A DNA stretch of 55,509 bases from a virus (lineage: Duplodnaviria > Caudoviricetes), in IMG/VR virus record IMGVR_UViG_3300032323_000841, positions 1 through 55,509 of that record; one strand, given 5' to 3'. Below, one piece after another: positions 51,964 through 55,509 of the stretch. How positions within the stretch are numbered: the stretch's first letter is position 1; each line of letters opens with the position of its first letter. The notes under the pieces are model-generated. The model searched no databases, had not been told where the DNA came from, and was given only the letters and a program-made list of their open reading frames with translations. A program made the position numbers and the translations under genes.

Positions 51964-52182
51964 TTGATCATGGACGACACCCCCCGCATGAAGTCGGTCA
52001 AGAAGATGTATGAGGATCTGACGACCGCGCCTGCGCGACCGTCTTTGGCTCATGACACCAAGCCGATGAATCTTGCGGACAAGATGTTTGCAGCGCCCAA
52101 GGCCAAGAAGATGGCTAACGGTGGTGTCACCCGTGCAGATGGGTGCATCACCAAGGGTCATACACGGGGGAGAATGGTATGA
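51964..52182 (+). CDS. Small protein with shared C-terminal tag
   Basis: Probable ATG at 51970; ends MANGG..RADGCITKGHTRGRMV. Confidence 0.72.
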   Translation: MIMDDTPRMKSVKKMYEDLTTAPARPSLAHDTKPMNLADKMFAAPKAKKMANGGVTRADGCITKGHTRGRMV

Positions 52183-52460
52183 GAGCCAGCCGTGGCATGG
52201 GGGCCATCAACCCCAGCAAGATGCCCAAGAAGAAGGTTATTCACCGCACGGATGACCCGAACACTGTGGATATGTACGCAGAGGGTGGCTCCACGGTCAA
52301 TAAAGCTGGCAATTACACAAAGCCCGGTATGCGCAAGTCGTTGTTTGAATCCATCAAGGCCCGTGCAGTGCAAGGTACTGCTGCTGGTCAGTGGAGCGCC
52401 CGTAAGGCGCAGCTTCTTGCTAAACAATACAAATCCAAAGGCGGCGGGTATCGTGACTAA
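52179..52460 (+). CDS. Small basic protein
   Basis: ATGA-coupled; YAEGG, NYTKP..GQWSARKAQLL..GGGY. Confidence 0.72.
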   Translation: MRASRGMGAINPSKMPKKKVIHRTDDPNTVDMYAEGGSTVNKAGNYTKPGMRKSLFESIKARAVQGTAAGQWSARKAQLLAKQYKSKGGGYRD

Positions 52461-52689
52461 AGCCCCGCAGCAATCGCTCAAGGACTGGACCGCTCAAAAG
52501 TGGAGGACTAAAAGTGGTAAACGCTCTTCTGACACGGGTGAAAGATACCTTCCGGAGTCTGCGATCAAAGCTCTCAGCCCTGCTGAGTACGCTGCGACAA
52601 CGCGTGCGAAACGCGCTGGCAAAAAAGCCGGAAAACAATTCGTGAAGCAGCCTCCCAAGGTTGCGGCAAAAACCTCAAGGTTTAGATAA
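52453..52689 (+). CDS. Small basic protein
   Basis: GTG start; QSLKDWTAQKWRT..GERYLP. Confidence 0.7.
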   Translation: MTKAPQQSLKDWTAQKWRTKSGKRSSDTGERYLPESAIKALSPAEYAATTRAKRAGKKAGKQFVKQPPKVAAKTSRFR

Positions 52690-53621
52690 TGGCCACCACA
52701 TCCGGCGTCAGCAGCTTTAACCTCGACCTCTCCGAGATCGTCGAGGAGGCGTTTGAACGTGCTGGTAGTGAGCTGCGCACGGGCTATGACCTGAAGACGG
52801 CCCGCCGGTCTTTGAATCTGCTGTTCGCAGACTGGGCCAACCGTGGCATCAACATGTGGACGTTCGAGCAGGGGACGATTAACCTCGTCCAAGGCCAGAA
52901 CACCTATCCGCTGCCCAACGACACGGTTGATCTGCTTGAGCATGTGATCCGTACCGGGGCTGGTAACGCTGCCACGCAGGCTGACCTGACCATCACCCGT
53001 ATTAGTATTTCTACCTATGCCACGCTGCCTAACAAGTTGCAGCAGGCTCGTCCTATCCAGATCTGGGTACAGCGATACAACGGGCAGATCACCCCCACGG
53101 GGCTGTCTATCTCTGGCGGCACCCTGTCTTCGAACAATACGACCGTTACCCTTGATTCCACCGTGGGCCTGCCGGCTACCGGCTTCATCAAGGTGGACAG
53201 CGAGATCATTGGGTATGGAGCCATCAGCGGCAACACCCTTACGGGCTGCTCCCGTGGGCAGGACAATACGGCGGCAGCCAGCCACACTAACGGCACGGCG
53301 GTGTACTGGGCGCAGGTTCCTGCTGTGACGGTCTGGCCTACCCCGGACGGCTCCCAGTCCTACCAGCTTGTGTACTGGCGTCTGCGCCGCACACAGGACG
53401 CCGGTGGCGGTGTAAACGTAGCAGATGTGCCGTTCCGCTTCCTGCCCTGCTTGGTTGCAGGTTTGTCCTACTACTTGGCTATGAAGCTGCCCAACGCCGC
53501 CGACCGTGTCATGACGCTCAAGGCTCAGTACGATGAGGCATGGCAGCTTGCCGCAGATGAAGACCGCGAGAAGGCTGCTGTGCGGTTTGTGCCGCGTAAA
53601 GCCTACATTGGTGGCACCTAA
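52689..53621 (+). CDS. Head-tail adaptor / tail tubular-like protein
   Basis: EIVEEAFERAG, ARRSLNLL, VWPTPD, FLPCLVAGLSYYL. Confidence 0.7.
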   Translation: MATTSGVSSFNLDLSEIVEEAFERAGSELRTGYDLKTARRSLNLLFADWANRGINMWTFEQGTINLVQGQNTYPLPNDTVDLLEHVIRTGAGNAATQADLTITRISISTYATLPNKLQQARPIQIWVQRYNGQITPTGLSISGGTLSSNNTTVTLDSTVGLPATGFIKVDSEIIGYGAISGNTLTGCSRGQDNTAAASHTNGTAVYWAQVPAVTVWPTPDGSQSYQLVYWRLRRTQDAGGGVNVADVPFRFLPCLVAGLSYYLAMKLPNAADRVMTLKAQYDEAWQLAADEDREKAAVRFVPRKAYIGGT

Positions 53622-53623
53622 CT

Positions 53624-54013
53624 GTGTCTAACAGGTTTGCATCAGGCAAGAACGCCATCGCCATGTGCGATAGGTGTGGCTTTAGATTTAAGCTAAAAAT
53701 ACTAAAGACGCTGGTAATCAAGACAAAGAACATCAACATGTTGGTTTGTCCTGAGTGCTGGGAGCCTGATCAGCCTCAGTTGCAACTGGGTATGTACCCG
53801 GTTGATGATCCGCAGGGCCTGAGAAACCCCCGTCCGGACAGCACCTACCGTATTGCAGGTGTGAACACGGAAGGGTATCAAACGGGCGGCAGCAGGATTA
53901 TTCAATGGGGCTGGAATCCGGTGGGTGGTAGCAGCTTTTTTGATGCTGCGCTGACACCGAATAACTTGGTTTTATCTGTGCAATTGGGTACAGTATCGGT
54001 ATCCACGACGTAA
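53624..54013 (+). CDS. Zn-finger protein in head-completion region
   Basis: CDRCGF..VCPECWEPDQPQ..NPRPD. Confidence 0.72.
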   Translation: MSNRFASGKNAIAMCDRCGFRFKLKILKTLVIKTKNINMLVCPECWEPDQPQLQLGMYPVDDPQGLRNPRPDSTYRIAGVNTEGYQTGGSRIIQWGWNPVGGSSFFDAALTPNNLVLSVQLGTVSVSTT

Positions 54014-54016
54014 GGA

Positions 54017-54199
54017 GTGAACATGGACGCGAAGAAAGCTGTGCGCAAGCACGAACAAAACATGCACCCGGGTCAGAAGCCCACCAAGCTGCGTGCTGGC
54101 GGCAAGACCAACAGCGACATGCTCAAGATGGGCCGCAACATGGCTAAGGTTGCCAACCAGAAAGCCCCGACCCGCACGGTCCGTGGCACGGGGATTTAA
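54017..54199 (+). CDS. Small basic protein
   Basis: TAAGGAG RBS; KHEQNMHPG..LRAGG. Confidence 0.65.
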   Translation: MNMDAKKAVRKHEQNMHPGQKPTKLRAGGKTNSDMLKMGRNMAKVANQKAPTRTVRGTGI

Positions 54200-54201
54200 A
54201 C

Positions 54202-54396
54202 ATGAAGTACCGTAACCCCACCTACAAGCCGATGGAACCTGCTGGCACGATGCCTGTCAAGGAAGCGCTGAAGCAAAACCAGTCGATTGCTAACCATCGA
54301 AGCAATCCTTATCCGGAAACCAAGACCTCGGGCATCAAAATCCGTGGCACTGGTGCGGCCACCAAAGGTTTGATGGCTCGCGGCCCGATGTGCTGA
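54202..54396 (+). CDS. Small basic protein with tag-like C-terminus
   Basis: Ends GIKIRGTGAATKGLMARGPMC. Confidence 0.7.
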   Translation: MKYRNPTYKPMEPAGTMPVKEALKQNQSIANHRSNPYPETKTSGIKIRGTGAATKGLMARGPMC

Positions 54397-54397
54397 A

Positions 54398-55111
54398 ATG
54401 AACTACACCCAGTTGACCGCTGCTATCTGCGACTACACGCAGAACTTTGAGCAAGACTTTGTTGCGAACATTCCGTTGTTCGTGCAACAGGCCGAGCAGC
54501 GCATCTACAACACGGTGCAGTTCCCCTCCTTGCGCAAGAACGTCACGGGTTCCGCGTCTGCTAACAACAAGTACCTGTCGTGTCCGCTTGATTTCCTAGC
54601 TGTCTACTCGATGGCTGTCGTGACGGATGTCACTGGCGGGAACATCAACACCGGGACGTACGAGTATCTGTTGAATAAGGATGTGAACTTCATCCGGCAG
54701 GCGTATCCTTCTCCTAATGACGTTGGCACGCCCAAGTACTACGCGTTGTTTGGCCCGACGGTATCTGGTGCAACGATTTCTGATGAGCTGTCGTTTATCC
54801 TTGGCCCGACGCCTGACGCGGCTTACGACGTTGAGCTGCATTACTACTACTATCCGGAGTCGATCTCGGTCGCAGCGGATGGTCAGACGTGGCTAGGCGA
54901 TAACTTTGAGACTGTGCTGCTATACGGCTCTTTGGTAGAGGCATATACCTTCATGAAGGGCGAGGCAGACATGCTTGCTCTGTACGAGACGAAGTACAAA
55001 GAAGCTCTGGCTCTGGCACAGCGTCTTGGTGATGGTCTGGAGCGCAGTGATGCGTACCGCAGCGGTCAGTTCCGTGTGGCTCCGCTGCCGCAGAATAACG
55101 GGGTCCGGTAA
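54398..55111 (+). CDS. Tail tubular / adaptor protein
   Basis: MNYTQLTAAI..AEQRIY..GTPKYY..GPTPD..LLYGSLVEA. Confidence 0.72.
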   Translation: MNYTQLTAAICDYTQNFEQDFVANIPLFVQQAEQRIYNTVQFPSLRKNVTGSASANNKYLSCPLDFLAVYSMAVVTDVTGGNINTGTYEYLLNKDVNFIRQAYPSPNDVGTPKYYALFGPTVSGATISDELSFILGPTPDAAYDVELHYYYYPESISVAADGQTWLGDNFETVLLYGSLVEAYTFMKGEADMLALYETKYKEALALAQRLGDGLERSDAYRSGQFRVAPLPQNNGVR

Positions 55112-55509
55112 TGGCGTTTACAGGCAATTACTCCTGCAACACGTTGCGCTCGGGGCTTGCCAACGGGACGATCAACTTCGCCACGGACACGTTCTATCTG
55201 GCGCTGTACACCAACGCTGCCACGCTGGATCAGACTACTACCGCTTACACCACGACGGGTGAGGCGACGGGCGGCAACTATGTTGCAGGCGGCAATGTTG
55301 TGACGGCCACGATTGCCAGTGAGCCAAATAACGCCGGTGGCAGCACGACGTACATCAATTTCTCATCTCCCGCATGGACCGGTGTAATCACGGCGCGTGG
55401 CGCGTTGATCTACACGCCCGGCGCTAACGGTGCTGTCTGTGTTTTGGACTTCGGCTCGGACAAGACCTCGACCAATTCTTTCACCGTGCAGATGCCCGCT
55501 AACACCAGC
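55111..55509 (+). CDS. Tail structural protein (3' truncated)
   Basis: ATG 55111 open to window end: MAFTGNYSCN..FYLALYT..ARGALIY..VLDFGSDK. Confidence 0.7.
   Translation, partial: MAFTGNYSCNTLRSGLANGTINFATDTFYLALYTNAATLDQTTTAYTTTGEATGGNYVAGGNVVTATIASEPNNAGGSTTYINFSSPAWTGVITARGALIYTPGANGAVCVLDFGSDKTSTNSFTVQMPANTS

Larger units (their letters stand above)
1..55509. mobile_element. Tailed bacteriophage (Caudoviricetes, podovirus-like), near-complete and circularly permuted
   Basis: TerL, portal, capsid, endolysin, primase-helicase and tail genes are present; no host housekeeping genes; tail module is split across the two window ends. Confidence 0.95.

Noticed and set aside
1-55509. Integrase, reverse transcriptase/DGR, introns or inteins
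   Set aside because: No recombinase, RT or intein motifs recognised; TerL, portal, capsid and helicase ORFs are uninterrupted

Overview
This window is most of a tailed dsDNA bacteriophage genome, apparently circularly permuted because both ends lie inside tail genes. It has a podovirus-like layout and sigma70-type promoters; a Gram-negative host is inferred. Gene order: tail fibre/adhesin genes with three 2OG-Fe(II) oxygenase-like genes (1-6.1 kb); lysis cassette (6.1-8.4 kb); tail and internal/ejection proteins including a 2822-aa polyvalent protein (8.4-23.6 kb); a leftward accessory/recombination operon (23.6-30.6 kb); RusA, an ~800-bp structured non-coding region, HNH and primase-helicase (30.6-33.9 kb); a leftward SprT/MoxR/VWA block with tiny ORFs (33.9-38.7 kb); a DnaA-box cluster; TerS, TerL, portal, GroES-like, scaffold and capsid genes (39-48 kb); and small basic proteins plus head-tail genes (48-55.5 kb). 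I saw no DNA polymerase, integrase or tRNA. The standout is at 25.1-26.6 kb: a stand-alone RAMP/Cas7-like gene followed directly by a 364-bp non-coding array of NN-GGY pentamers in seven units separated by AGGC/AGGT, then a partner ORF. This is a candidate non-CRISPR RNA-guided system in which the variable dinucleotides carry the information. Other leads: nine DnaA boxes in 120 bp, a strongly over-represented CGTTTAAAT motif, a shared C-terminal tag and MxxGG motifs on virion-module proteins, K/R-x-S-L punctuation between polyvalent-protein domains, a DDxxD prenyltransferase-like gene beside an ejection protein, and a T4 T-like holin. All protein assignments are motif recognition by eye; no database searches were run.
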